Assembly: GCA_964448725.1 (NCBI GenBank) | Contig: CAYVAJ010000001.1 | Coordinates: 7,525 to 71,524 of the forward strand | Direction of reading: 5' to 3' | Length of the DNA: 64,000 nucleotides | Origin: an uncultured Gammaproteobacteria bacterium | Lineage (GTDB): Bacteria > Patescibacteriota > Microgenomatia > Levybacterales > GWA1-39-11 | Shown: one piece after another, positions 18,899 to 28,654 of the stretch | Position numbering within the stretch: the stretch's first letter is position 1 | How the letters are laid out: the number at the start of each line of letters is the position of its first letter | The notes under the pieces: generated by a model | What the model saw: only the letters and a program-made list of their open reading frames with translations | Database searches by the model: none | Told to the model about the DNA's origin: nothing | Made by a program: the position numbers and the translations under genes

Positions 18899-19804
18899 TT
18901 AGAGTTCTTGAAGAATTGTACTCTCACCTTTTTTATTATCTTTTATATACTGAAGGTAACGCTCAGTTGATGATAATCTTTTGTGTCCCAGTACCTTAGA
19001 TAAGAAAACAATAGACACTCCTTGTTTTAAGTGATGAGAGACAAATGTATGACGTAAATCATTGATTTTTGCATTTTCAATCCCTGCTTTACGGAAATGA
19101 CGTTCAACAGCATCACGAATATTTCGAACAAGAAATGGCTTTCCTGTTTTTGTCACAAATAAATGGTTGTCTTCTGTCTTTGTTCTGACCTCTAAGTACC
19201 GCTTTAAAGCTTCTTTTGCTCGTTTATTAAGTGGAACCTCCCGTGCTTCATGCCCTTCATGCGGACGAATATACAGTCCGTTCTCTCGTACATCATCAAG
19301 TCTAATATTTGCAAGTTCTCCAATACGAATCCCAGTTTGTAATAATACTTCAATAATTGCATAAATCCGAGGATCAGAAGATGCAGTATCACGAAGTGCG
19401 CGATATTCAAGTGGACTGAGAACGCGTGGTGGATTTAACTCATATTTAGGATGCTGAACCATAAGTGATGGATCATCAGTAATATACTCACTTATCTTTA
19501 AGAATCTATAAAATGTTCGTGTTGAGTTGAGTTTGCGTGATAATGATTTTGGAGTATAGCCTGTATCCTGCAACTTAGTTAAAAATGCTTGGATATCTTG
19601 ATCATTGACCTCATGGATATGCTGTTTTTCCAACTCCTCAAGAAAAGAAACAAGTTGGTCAATATCTTTTCCATATGCTAATATGGTTGCAGATGCCTTA
19701 TTTTTTCCTTTTAAGTAATCTTGAAATTTACCATGAGCGTCTCGAAGTTTTACCTGGTTTGACATAGACAAACCTATAATATCAACACACCTTCGTTTTG
19801 TCAA
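18899..19804 (-). CDS. tyrosine site-specific recombinase, XerC/XerD family (start possibly at internal Met near 19765)
   Basis: Core-binding N-domain plus catalytic domain with R...HxxR...Y pattern (LRHTFVSHHL ... LGHKRLSSTERYLQY). Confidence 0.8.
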   Translation of the reverse strand: MTKRRCVDIIGLSMSNQVKLRDAHGKFQDYLKGKNKASATILAYGKDIDQLVSFLEELEKQHIHEVNDQDIQAFLTKLQDTGYTPKSLSRKLNSTRTFYRFLKISEYITDDPSLMVQHPKYELNPPRVLSPLEYRALRDTASSDPRIYAIIEVLLQTGIRIGELANIRLDDVRENGLYIRPHEGHEAREVPLNKRAKEALKRYLEVRTKTEDNHLFVTKTGKPFLVRNIRDAVERHFRKAGIENAKINDLRHTFVSHHLKQGVSIVFLSKVLGHKRLSSTERYLQYIKDNKKGESTILQEL

Positions 19805-19805
19805 T

Positions 19806-20147
19806 ATGAATTATAAATTGATTTTAACCAGTATTACTATCATCATTTTAGTTATCATTCTTCGTAACACAATACTTTCCATTCATAATCTGATTGAAAA
19901 TGAAGGGACAGTACAAGATCTGCATGATGTGTTAGATGCTAAAAAAAAAGAAAATGAGTTTTTAACACAAAGACTCTCGTATGTAAAAAGCAACGAATTT
20001 GTAGAACATGAAGCACGTATAAAATTAGGTCTTGTAAGAGAAAATGAATATCCTGTATTTGTTATGCCACCCAATAATAATCAAGAAATCTCTGGGTTAA
20101 ATCAAAAACCAAACTGGGTAAAATGGAAAGAAGTTTTTAAGCTTTAA
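19806..20147 (+). CDS. cell division protein FtsB/DivIC-like (septum formation initiator family)
   Basis: N-terminal TM, coiled coil, and C-terminal EHEARIKLGLVRENEYPVFV block typical of the FtsB/DivIC family. Confidence 0.55.
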   Translation: MNYKLILTSITIIILVIILRNTILSIHNLIENEGTVQDLHDVLDAKKKENEFLTQRLSYVKSNEFVEHEARIKLGLVRENEYPVFVMPPNNNQEISGLNQKPNWVKWKEVFKL

Positions 20148-20185
20148 TTTAGAAGTTATTATGCTCAGGTTTCAGGGATACCTTG

Positions 20186-20255
20186 TTGCGGGGCAAGGAG
20201 TTGAACCTTGTCTGCAAGATTATGAGCCTCGCGTGCAGCCGTACACTACCCCGCG
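20186..20255 (-). tRNA. tRNA-Met(CAT), possibly initiator (C1xA72 mismatch)
   Basis: CGCGGGG-TA-GTGT..GCAC-G-CGAGG-CTCATAA-TCTTG-CAGA-CAAGG-TTCAACT-CCTTG-CCCCGCA-A. Anticodon CAT. C1.A72 mismatch as in bacterial initiators, but lacks the three G-C pairs in the anticodon stem. Confidence 0.65.
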
Positions 20256-20354
20256 GCAATGTACTCAAATTATATAGTTCAAACCGTATGTTGTCAAACA
20301 ACGAGCCACTCTGCTTGTTTTTTGCTCATTTTTACTGTACAATTCAGATTAATC

Positions 20355-21047
20355 ATGGCACAACGAGAAACTATTACAGTACAACCGCGAACAGTCTTTG
20401 GCAAACAGCTTAAAAAACTTCGAAGAGAAGGAATTCTTCCAGGAAATGTGTATGGCAAAAACTTTTCGTCTACCGCAGTTCAGCTTCCGTATAAAGATTT
20501 TATAGGACTTTATAACAAAGTAGGTACAACTGGGCTTGTTGATCTTGAGATTGATGGGAAAAAACATCCTGTTCTCATTCATAATATTGCAATTAATACT
20601 TTAACTCATGATCCAATACATGCTGACTTCTTTATTGTAAATTTGAAAGAAAAAATTACCGCAAATGTACCTATTATTGCTGAGGGAGAGGCAAGCGCTG
20701 TTGCAGAAAAGAAAGGTATATTACTTCAATTACTCAATGAGGCTGAAATAGAAGCACTACCTTCTGATCTTCCTGAGTCTATTGTTGTTGATGTGACATC
20801 ACTTGCCGAAGTTGATGAACAAATAACAGTTGAGCAGCTAAGCACACCAACTGGTGTTACACTTCTTAACGAAGCTAATCAAGCAGTATTCAAAATAGGT
20901 GAATTAGTAACCCAAGAGGCACAAGAACAAGAAGCACAAGAAGAAGCTGAGGCTGCAGCAGCAAGTGAAGAAGGCGCAACAGAAAGTGAATCAACTGAAA
21001 AATCTGAAGGTGAATCATCATCTGACAGTGCTGAGAAGCAAGAATAA
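20355..21047 (+). CDS. rplY: 50S ribosomal protein L25 / general stress protein Ctc (bL25) with acidic C-terminal tail
   Basis: MAQRETITVQPRTVFGKQLKKLRREGILPGNVYGK is the classic bL25 N-terminus. The ORF-track start at 20259 overlaps the tRNA; ATG at 20355 preferred. Confidence 0.85.
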   Translation: MAQRETITVQPRTVFGKQLKKLRREGILPGNVYGKNFSSTAVQLPYKDFIGLYNKVGTTGLVDLEIDGKKHPVLIHNIAINTLTHDPIHADFFIVNLKEKITANVPIIAEGEASAVAEKKGILLQLLNEAEIEALPSDLPESIVVDVTSLAEVDEQITVEQLSTPTGVTLLNEANQAVFKIGELVTQEAQEQEAQEEAEAAAASEEGATESESTEKSEGESSSDSAEKQE

Positions 21048-21055
21048 TTACTTCT

Positions 21056-21445
21056 CTACTCTAACTCCTTGGCTAATACCTCTGCCTCAAAAAAATTAGG
21101 GTCTATAAACAACGCTTTTTCTATAAAATCCTTTGCCTTTTCATGTTCACTGAGACGTGTAGCATACACGGCTGCCTCATAATATGCAACAGGAAACTGC
21201 GGATGTTGCGAAATAACTGACTCCCAGTATATAAGCTTTTCTTTTACTTGTTGCCTAACAACTAGCTCACTCTGGTACTTCTGATATGTCTGATTCAATA
21301 ATATTCCCAGAGTTGCGGTAAAAGACACCAAAAATATCACTACAAATACTCCTAATCCCTGCTTGAGATTACCATTTGAAGAAAATTGTTTGGAAAAATG
21401 CGGTAATGTTGCGGTTATTTTGCGGAGATAATCAACTTTGGGCAT
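21056..21445 (-). CDS. hypothetical membrane-anchored protein with TPR-like C-terminus
   Basis: 129-aa ORF. One TM. Helical repeat-like C-terminal region. Confidence 0.35.
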   Translation of the reverse strand: MPKVDYLRKITATLPHFSKQFSSNGNLKQGLGVFVVIFLVSFTATLGILLNQTYQKYQSELVVRQQVKEKLIYWESVISQHPQFPVAYYEAAVYATRLSEHEKAKDFIEKALFIDPNFFEAEVLAKELE

Positions 21446-21554
21446 AGATGCATTATATCGCTGACATGCAACTCTGTCAAAAAGTTGACAAAAAGAGTTA
21501 GCAGTCGTAAACTCTAGACACGTATAGGCTGCTCTTTATGAATACAGGCGTGTA

Positions 21555-21640
21555 GGTCTGGTAAAGTTTGCCGGACAACGAGGAGAAGGGTTTTGATGTT
21601 CTATCAAAACAATCGGACCTCTGAATATTTATTCAGAGAG
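21555..21640 (+). promoter_or_regulatory. structured 5' leader of glmS (hairpins; weak glmS-ribozyme-like core motifs)
   Basis: About 400-nt untranslated region upstream of glmS. Hairpin GTCTGG..CCGGAC followed by AACGAGGAG ... UAUCAAAACAAUCGG. Perfect 9-bp hairpin CTCTGAATA-tt-TATTCAGAG at 21619..21638. Confidence 0.3.
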
Positions 21641-21849
21641 TATTTGCGGAAACCTTCAGGGTGTAGTACCATCCTAAAGCCTGCTGACAAACCATTATCG
21701 TAAGATTTTGTTGAAAACAGCAAGCACGTTACTCTCCTATACTCCAGAATTATTTACATTTGTTATTGATATTTGACTATTTGCGCACTTTTTATGTGTG
21801 TGTTTTAAAGAGCCAATAATCATTCAATGTTCATCAATATTTTAGTCCT

Positions 21850-23607
21850 ATGTGTGGAATATTTGGTTATCTAGGAAAACAATCAAATGCGGGAGATATG
21901 ATCCTTGAAGGGCTTAAGTCACTCGAGTACCGGGGTTATGACTCATGGGGCATTGTTGTAAAACAGGAAGACAATCAGCTGTACATAGAAAAGCATGCTG
22001 GAAAAATTGGAGATGCGACAATTCCATCTCTTAATGCACATGCAGGTATTGGACATACTCGCTGGGCTACTCATGGAGGAGTGACAGAGAAGAATTCACA
22101 TCCTCACCTTGACTGCAACCAAGAAATTGTAATTGTTCACAATGGAATCATTGAAAATTTTGCGCAACTAAAAAGCAAATTAAAGAAAACTCATACGCAT
22201 TTATCAGAGACTGATTCAGAGGTCTTTGCACACATGGTTGAAGAGAGACTCATTTATCATAATTCTTTTGCTAAAGCTGTACTTGACGCTTTTAAAGAGA
22301 CAGAAGGCTTGAGTGCAATTATCGCTTTCAGACCATCAACTAACGAGTTTGTTGCTGTAAAAAACGGCTCTCCCTTAGTTTTTGGTATGAAAGATCAAGA
22401 ATTCTTTCTTGCTTCAGATAGTGCTGCTCTACTGCCACATACTCAGGAGGTATATTTCTTAGAAGACAATGATGTACTTCTAATATCACAAAACGCCTAT
22501 TCATTGTATGATTTTACTTATACTCCCAAACCTATTTCTTTTACAAAACTAGAGTTTTCTGCTGATGAGATTGTTTTAGGTAAACATCCAAACTTCATGA
22601 TGAAAGAAATGCATGAGCAGCCATTTATTATTCGCAAAATCATGCTTGAACAACAAGAAAACATACAAGAAGCTGCACATGTCATTAAAAATGCATATGG
22701 GACATACTTTATGGGGTGTGGAACCGCATACTATGCAGCACTTGCTGGTACATATCTTTTCTCTAAAATTGCACAGCGACATATAAATGCAAGTGTAGGA
22801 TCGGAGTTCTCATATTTAGTTGATTTCCTTCAAAAGGAAAGTCTTGTTGTTGCACTTTCTCAAAGTGGCGAAACTATTGATATTATCTCGAGTGTAAAAG
22901 CTGCAAAACAACAAGAAGCACAGATTATGGCAATTACCAATGTACTTGGCTCAACATTATACCGTATGGCAGATCACCGATTACTCCTCACTGCAGGCCC
23001 AGAAAAATGTGTGCTTGCAACAAAGTCATTTATTGCAAAAATTACATATCTGTATTTTCTTGCTCACGCCTTAAACGGTGATAAAAACCTGGCTAAAAAG
23101 AATATTGAATATGCAGCAAATGAAGTAGAAACGTTACTAAAAAATCAAGATAAGATCCACACACTAGCCAAGAGAATTAAGAAACATCATCATCTATATA
23201 TTCTTGGCCGTGGTATATCCTACCCAACGGCACTTGAATCTGCACTAAAGATTAAAGAAGTCTCATATATTCACGCAGAAGGATTTGCTGCAGGAGAATT
23301 AAAACATGGGGTAATCGCACTTATTGAGCCAGGAACACCTGTTATTGTCTATAACCCAGAGGATGAAACATATGATGATACACTCTCCTCTGCTCATGAA
23401 GTTAAAGCCAGAGGAGCACATATAATAGGAGTCTCAAGCAAAAAAAATGATATATATGACACCTATATTCCGGTAAAAAATTGCGGAGATGCGACAATTA
23501 TCCCGAATGTTGTAGTTGCCCAACTACTCGGCTATTACTTGGCACAGGAGCTTGGATTTGACCCTGATAAGCCACGAAATCTGGCCAAAAGTGTTACGGT
23601 AAAATAA
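21850..23607 (+). CDS. glmS: glutamine--fructose-6-phosphate aminotransferase (isomerizing)
   Basis: MCGIFGY N-terminal nucleophile Cys2, glutaminase domain, two SIS domains. 585 aa. Confidence 0.95.
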   Translation: MCGIFGYLGKQSNAGDMILEGLKSLEYRGYDSWGIVVKQEDNQLYIEKHAGKIGDATIPSLNAHAGIGHTRWATHGGVTEKNSHPHLDCNQEIVIVHNGIIENFAQLKSKLKKTHTHLSETDSEVFAHMVEERLIYHNSFAKAVLDAFKETEGLSAIIAFRPSTNEFVAVKNGSPLVFGMKDQEFFLASDSAALLPHTQEVYFLEDNDVLLISQNAYSLYDFTYTPKPISFTKLEFSADEIVLGKHPNFMMKEMHEQPFIIRKIMLEQQENIQEAAHVIKNAYGTYFMGCGTAYYAALAGTYLFSKIAQRHINASVGSEFSYLVDFLQKESLVVALSQSGETIDIISSVKAAKQQEAQIMAITNVLGSTLYRMADHRLLLTAGPEKCVLATKSFIAKITYLYFLAHALNGDKNLAKKNIEYAANEVETLLKNQDKIHTLAKRIKKHHHLYILGRGISYPTALESALKIKEVSYIHAEGFAAGELKHGVIALIEPGTPVIVYNPEDETYDDTLSSAHEVKARGAHIIGVSSKKNDIYDTYIPVKNCGDATIIPNVVVAQLLGYYLAQELGFDPDKPRNLAKSVTVK

Positions 23608-23608
23608 A

Positions 23609-23643
23609 TGCGGTAATACGTCGGGAATTATGCGGTAATAAAA
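23609..23643. repeat. 35-bp direct repeat copy 1 (TGCGGTAATACGTCGGGAATTATGCGGTAATAA)
   Basis: 30/33 identity with the copy at 24262..24294. A related TGCGGTAAT cluster lies at 21398..21432. Confidence 0.6.
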
Positions 23644-23753
23644 TTGTGTTTTAAACGGACGTTTTAATCCCCTTCAGGTACAGTCTCTAAAATAGTAAAT
23701 AAATAAGAAATTAGACCTTGAATAAATTAGTGCCGGTAAACTACACTAATTAG

Positions 23754-24269
23754 GTGAGCAATACATTGACAATTTACCCTGATAAGCGATTTATTGTGTG
23801 GAAGTTCTTCGCAATTTGTCTGATTGTTCTATTTTTCTCAACTTTTGTATTCTTTGGTACCTATGGAATATTCTCATTTTTAATCACATTGTTGGTTTTT
23901 ATTCCAGTACTGTACGTTGTTAGAATTATTGATAATTTCATGTCAAGAATTACATTAAAACAAAATAAAATTAGTTTTAATAAATGGTTCTTTTTTAGAT
24001 ACACCCTGTCACTTGAAAAAGTCATGGGTTATCACCTTGAAGTAAATAAAGAAGATAGGCAAAGAGCGGGTATTGAAGCTACTGAATTAAAAATAATTTC
24101 TTTTCCTCTGCTCACAGATGCATTAAGAGTTTACAATCAAATAAAGAGGCAGAAACTTGTCTTTTTAGGTGTGAATGATCAAATACTCGAGGAAATAGAT
24201 CTGACTGTATTTAACAATCAAGATATTCAAAAACTCACTGATACTCTTTCTCTAAATATTTTGCGGTAA
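23754..24269 (+). CDS. membrane protein with bacterial PH-like (bPH/YdbS-like) architecture
   Basis: Two N-terminal TM helices followed by a ~110-aa soluble domain. 171 aa. Flanked by the 35-bp direct repeats. Confidence 0.4.
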   Translation: MSNTLTIYPDKRFIVWKFFAICLIVLFFSTFVFFGTYGIFSFLITLLVFIPVLYVVRIIDNFMSRITLKQNKISFNKWFFFRYTLSLEKVMGYHLEVNKEDRQRAGIEATELKIISFPLLTDALRVYNQIKRQKLVFLGVNDQILEEIDLTVFNNQDIQKLTDTLSLNILR

Positions 24270-24294
24270 TAGATCGGGAATTATGCGGGAATAA
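24262..24294. repeat. 35-bp direct repeat copy 2 (TGCGGTAATAGATCGGGAATTATGCGGGAATAA)
   Basis: See copy 1. Begins within the stop codon of 23754..24269. Confidence 0.6.
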
Positions 24295-26394
24295 TTAAGA
24301 TTGAGGCCAGGAAGAAATTATCATCATTTCATCCGTCAATTTCAGCTGTTTATTAATTTCCTCTGTTACAAACGGCATAAAAGGATGCAGAAGCTTGAGA
24401 AGCATTAAATAAAGCGAGCTAAGAACGATGAATGATTTTTCGTCTACCCTATTTTTTACGTCTTCTATGTAGTTATCAGCAAATTCGTGCCAGGCAAAGT
24501 CATACAGGTTTTGTGCTGCGTGATTGAAGTCATAGTTATCAAGCAGCCGCGTGATATCTTCTGCAAGAGCCTTTACTTTCTGAATCATTGCCACATCGCT
24601 TTCATGCTCAGCAATTTTTTTAAGTTGTGCAAAAGAAGTGGCAATTTCCATTGATACCCCTTCTGGTTTTTTCATTTCAATGAATCTGCCCATATTCCAC
24701 AATTTATTGGTAAATTTACGCATTGCATCAAGCTTGGGATAAGAAAGTGCCTGGTCATGTCCAAGTGCTGTTCCATACACAAGTGCAAATCGTACTGCAT
24801 CTGCTCCATATTGCTCAATTACCTCAAGTGGATTTACAACATTTCCTTTTGATTTACTCATTTTCTTGCCCAATGGATCATTTACTAACCCATGAAGCAC
24901 AATGTCTGAAAATGGTTTTTTCCCCGTTACAAAATATCCTAGCATTACCATACGAGAGACCCAGGCACGTAGAATATCGTACCCTGTTTCCATAACACTC
25001 GTTGGGTAAAACTTTTCAAAATCACCTTCTTTAGTTGTTTGCAGTGTTGCAAATGGCCACTGACCTGAGGAAAACCATGTATCAAATGTATCAGTATCCT
25101 GTTCCCAATCTCCGCTTGTTGGTGGATCACCTTCAGTAACTATCCATTCACCAGTATGAATATTGCGCCAAGCAGGAATACGAATCCCCCAAACTAATTG
25201 ACGACTAATATTCCAATCCCGTAGATTTTCAAGCCACTGATTATAATGGCTAACAAAATTCTCAGGGTAAATTGTAATATCACCATTTTTTACTGCTTCA
25301 ATTGCCTTATCAGCCAAAGGACGGACTTTTACAAACCATTGTTCAAGAGGCAATGGTTCAATTACCATTTTGCACTTATAACATGTTCCTACTCTATTGA
25401 CATAGTCTTCATCGATCTTCTCAATCAAACCTTTTGCCTGCATCTCTTCAACAATTGCTGTGCGTGCCTGTTTGACATACAGTCCTGCAAATTTGCCAGC
25501 GTGTTCATTTAATTTGCCATCATATCCAATCACCTGCTTAAGTGGCAAATTGTGTCGCTTTGAAACCTCAAAATCATTAAAATCATGCGCTGGAGTAATT
25601 TTTACCACACCAGTTCCAAAGTCAGGATCTACAATGTCATCTCCAACCACTGCTATTTTTGCTGGACCCAAAACTGTTTCAATATCAATCGTCTGTCCTA
25701 TATATTGTTGATATCGCGGATCATTAGGGTTCACCGCAACAGCAGTATCACCAAATTTTGTTTCTGGTCTAGTTGTTGCTAAGACTAATGGCCCATATTT
25801 GATGTAATACAAAGGGCTTTTTTTTTCTTCATATACAACCTCAAGATCTGAAAAAGATGTTCCGTCTTTTGTACAATAATTTACCAAACGATTGTCACGA
25901 TATATTAGTCCTTGATCATACATTTTCTTAAAAGTACGATGTACTACTTTGACAATATCTTCATCAAGTGTGAATGTTGACCGTGACCAGTCAAGTGAAA
26001 AACCTAATGTGCGAAGTTGCTTCTCCATACCACCTTTATTTTCCTGTACATAATCCCAGATCATGGTATATAAGGTATCGCGGTCATAATCAAAACGGGA
26101 CTTTCCTTGTTCTTGTAATTTCTTTTCAAAGACAAACTGGGTTTCAAATCCTGCATGGTCAGCACCTGGTACCCAAAGAGCAGCATACCCTTGCATGCGC
26201 TTAAATCGTATAAGTATATCTTCTAGCACCATCATTGCATGGCCGAAATGCAATGAGCCGTTTGCGTTAGGAGGAGGAAGTATGATCGTATATGGTTTTC
26301 CATCCGGGTTTACCTCTGGCGCAAAATATCCATTTTTCTCCCATGATGTATAAATTGATTGTTCTACGGACTTATGATTGTATGCTTTATCCAT
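24295..26394 (-). CDS. valS: valine--tRNA ligase (short form lacking C-terminal coiled coil)
   Basis: PPPNANGSLHFGHA (HIGH region, ValRS-type) and KKMSKSKGN. 699 aa. Confidence 0.85.
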   Translation of the reverse strand: MDKAYNHKSVEQSIYTSWEKNGYFAPEVNPDGKPYTIILPPPNANGSLHFGHAMMVLEDILIRFKRMQGYAALWVPGADHAGFETQFVFEKKLQEQGKSRFDYDRDTLYTMIWDYVQENKGGMEKQLRTLGFSLDWSRSTFTLDEDIVKVVHRTFKKMYDQGLIYRDNRLVNYCTKDGTSFSDLEVVYEEKKSPLYYIKYGPLVLATTRPETKFGDTAVAVNPNDPRYQQYIGQTIDIETVLGPAKIAVVGDDIVDPDFGTGVVKITPAHDFNDFEVSKRHNLPLKQVIGYDGKLNEHAGKFAGLYVKQARTAIVEEMQAKGLIEKIDEDYVNRVGTCYKCKMVIEPLPLEQWFVKVRPLADKAIEAVKNGDITIYPENFVSHYNQWLENLRDWNISRQLVWGIRIPAWRNIHTGEWIVTEGDPPTSGDWEQDTDTFDTWFSSGQWPFATLQTTKEGDFEKFYPTSVMETGYDILRAWVSRMVMLGYFVTGKKPFSDIVLHGLVNDPLGKKMSKSKGNVVNPLEVIEQYGADAVRFALVYGTALGHDQALSYPKLDAMRKFTNKLWNMGRFIEMKKPEGVSMEIATSFAQLKKIAEHESDVAMIQKVKALAEDITRLLDNYDFNHAAQNLYDFAWHEFADNYIEDVKNRVDEKSFIVLSSLYLMLLKLLHPFMPFVTEEINKQLKLTDEMMIISSWPQS

Positions 26395-26524
26395 ATATCC
26401 TGGATTCTAGCATAAATTAGGAGATGCGTACAGGCTGGTCTTATAAAAATGAGAGGATATGATCAAGCTAAAGAAAGACACTTGCAGTGTACAACCTACC
26501 CACCTATAATATCTTCTGAATCAT

Positions 26525-28090
26525 ATGAAGCTTAATACTCTTTCTCGTTATCTTATATCAGTATTTTCTAAAAATAATATTCATTCTACCGATCAATCAG
26601 GAATTCGCGTAAATCCAATTGTCTCAGAACTAGCAACTTGGTATGAAAAAATGAGAAATGCCATGGACTACCGTGACGATGAGGTTGTACTGAGAGCAGC
26701 TATTGAGAGAATTCTTAAAAGAAGACATTTCTATGGAGGAAATGGTAAAACAATTGCCGCACCTTTACTACGGGAACTTACGTGGGCACGATATTTTCCT
26801 GATGGCAGCATTGCAGAAGCGCAGACTGCCGAGGTAGAAAAAACCATAGACATGTACTTAAAGCTTCGTGAACAAGTGCTCTCAACTCATAAAATAGAGG
26901 AAGGAAAATTAAATACATTTATTTATCATCTTATTTCATCTCATCTTACATATTTACTTAGACCAGACAACAAACAAGAAACCATGGCAAACTACATGTT
27001 TCATATTTTGAAAGATAGTATTGTCCTTGAAGACGATTCTCAAACTACCCGCGACGCACAGGTATTTATTGCCACACGCAGAGCATTTGCCAAAGATGAT
27101 TTAGCACTGCTTCATTACCACCTGTTTGTTCAATATTTTGGTATACCAACAGATAACACCCTCCCTACAATTATCTCTGGATTTAAAAAAGGATATACAG
27201 AAATTCAGACACAGCTTAATTACCCCCTACGACATAAAATCTTTTCAATCATAAAACGTGCTACTCCGCCATTCCTGATATTGGAAGAAGTATTATTACG
27301 AAATACTGCGCATATCGAATCCATCGTAACGGACAATCAAAAGCTGGTTGACGAAATTGTTATAGTGAGTAATGAAAAATATGCTGCAATACGCTCAAAA
27401 ATTAAACGAGCAGTTATTAGAAGCCTTATATTTTTAGTATTAACCAAAACAGTTATTGCTCTTTCTATTGAAGGCACATTTGAAAGTATTGTATATGGGG
27501 AAATCATGTGGGGGAGTATTATACTTAATATTATTATTCCACCAATATTGCTCGCAATCGCTGTTGCTTTTATCCAGCCACCAGGTAAAGAAAACACAGC
27601 GATAATTGTCAAAAGAATTACTACACTACTCTATGACGAAAATCCTCAGGGTGCACATCAAATTTCCTTGGCACGAATATCAAAGAAACGTAAATCATTT
27701 CTTTATCCCTTATTTTCTTTGTTGTGGATTGGTGCATTTTTTGCCAACTTTGGTTTGATTATTTGGCTACTGAACGCCTTAGGATTTAATCCAATCAGTC
27801 AAGCCATCTTTATTTTCTTTTTAACAATTGTCTGTTTTCTCATATACCGAATTTACCAAACAGCGCGCACATTTACGGTAACACGAAAACAAAATTTACT
27901 AACACCTATTGTTGATTTTTTCTTCATGCCCATAGCACGAGTAGGGAGACATATTACTGAGGGAGTCTCTCAAGTGAATGTCTTTTTAGTGATTCTTGAT
28001 CTTCTCATCGAAGCGCCTTTTAAAGGGCTCTTCTCATTTTTCGAACAATGGTTCGTGTTTTTACACACCAAAAGAGAGTACCTTGAATAG
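26525..28090 (+). CDS. hypothetical protein: ~330-aa soluble N-domain and C-terminal polytopic membrane domain
   Basis: 521-aa ORF. 5-6 predicted TM helices in the C-terminal third. No motif. Confidence 0.4.
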   Translation: MKLNTLSRYLISVFSKNNIHSTDQSGIRVNPIVSELATWYEKMRNAMDYRDDEVVLRAAIERILKRRHFYGGNGKTIAAPLLRELTWARYFPDGSIAEAQTAEVEKTIDMYLKLREQVLSTHKIEEGKLNTFIYHLISSHLTYLLRPDNKQETMANYMFHILKDSIVLEDDSQTTRDAQVFIATRRAFAKDDLALLHYHLFVQYFGIPTDNTLPTIISGFKKGYTEIQTQLNYPLRHKIFSIIKRATPPFLILEEVLLRNTAHIESIVTDNQKLVDEIVIVSNEKYAAIRSKIKRAVIRSLIFLVLTKTVIALSIEGTFESIVYGEIMWGSIILNIIIPPILLAIAVAFIQPPGKENTAIIVKRITTLLYDENPQGAHQISLARISKKRKSFLYPLFSLLWIGAFFANFGLIIWLLNALGFNPISQAIFIFFLTIVCFLIYRIYQTARTFTVTRKQNLLTPIVDFFFMPIARVGRHITEGVSQVNVFLVILDLLIEAPFKGLFSFFEQWFVFLHTKREYLE

Positions 28091-28217
28091 CCTCTTTAAT
28101 ATTGAGATTCCTGTATTTTTCGAACAACTAAAACTGTACTTTTCACGTCTTATCATGGTATGATAAAAACCAATTTTCTTTCCAGAGCAAAGGCTTGAAA
28201 ATTACTCAAAACCAAAC

Positions 28218-28646
28218 ATGAAACAGCAAGTAATAACAATACATTCTGATGGCGGTGCACGTGGAAATCCAGGCCCTGCAGCATACGGATTTGTTTTAAC
28301 AGACAGTGAAAAGAATATTATTTTTCAAGAAGGGAAATACATTGGTAATGCCACCAACAATGTCGCTGAATATACAGGTGTCCTAAAATCACTAGAATGG
28401 GTTGCAAAAAATATTACCGATCTTGCTTCACTTGAAATAATTCTTGATTCAGAACTTGTTGCGAGACAGATGACTGGAATTTATAAAGTGAAGAACGATC
28501 AGTTAAAAAAGTTTTATCATCAGATAAAACTATTAGAACAGCAGATTAATGTTCCTATTCGTTACACCTCAGTTCCACGCAGTCAAAATAAAGATGCAGA
28601 TAGACTCGTTAACCTTGCACTCGATACTCAAGCCAACTATTCCTAG
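28218..28646 (+). CDS. rnhA: ribonuclease HI
   Basis: IHSDGGARGNPGPAAYGFVL, ATNNVAEY, DSELVARQM, NKDADRLV cover the RNase H DEDD catalytic residues. Confidence 0.8.
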   Translation: MKQQVITIHSDGGARGNPGPAAYGFVLTDSEKNIIFQEGKYIGNATNNVAEYTGVLKSLEWVAKNITDLASLEIILDSELVARQMTGIYKVKNDQLKKFYHQIKLLEQQINVPIRYTSVPRSQNKDADRLVNLALDTQANYS

Positions 28647-28654
28647 ACGTTCCT

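Noticed and set aside
20259-20354. Upstream extension of the bL25 ORF to 20259
   Set aside because: Extension would overlap the tRNA-Met gene and encodes a Cys/Thr-rich non-L25 peptide. The conserved MAQRETI... N-terminus starts at 20355.
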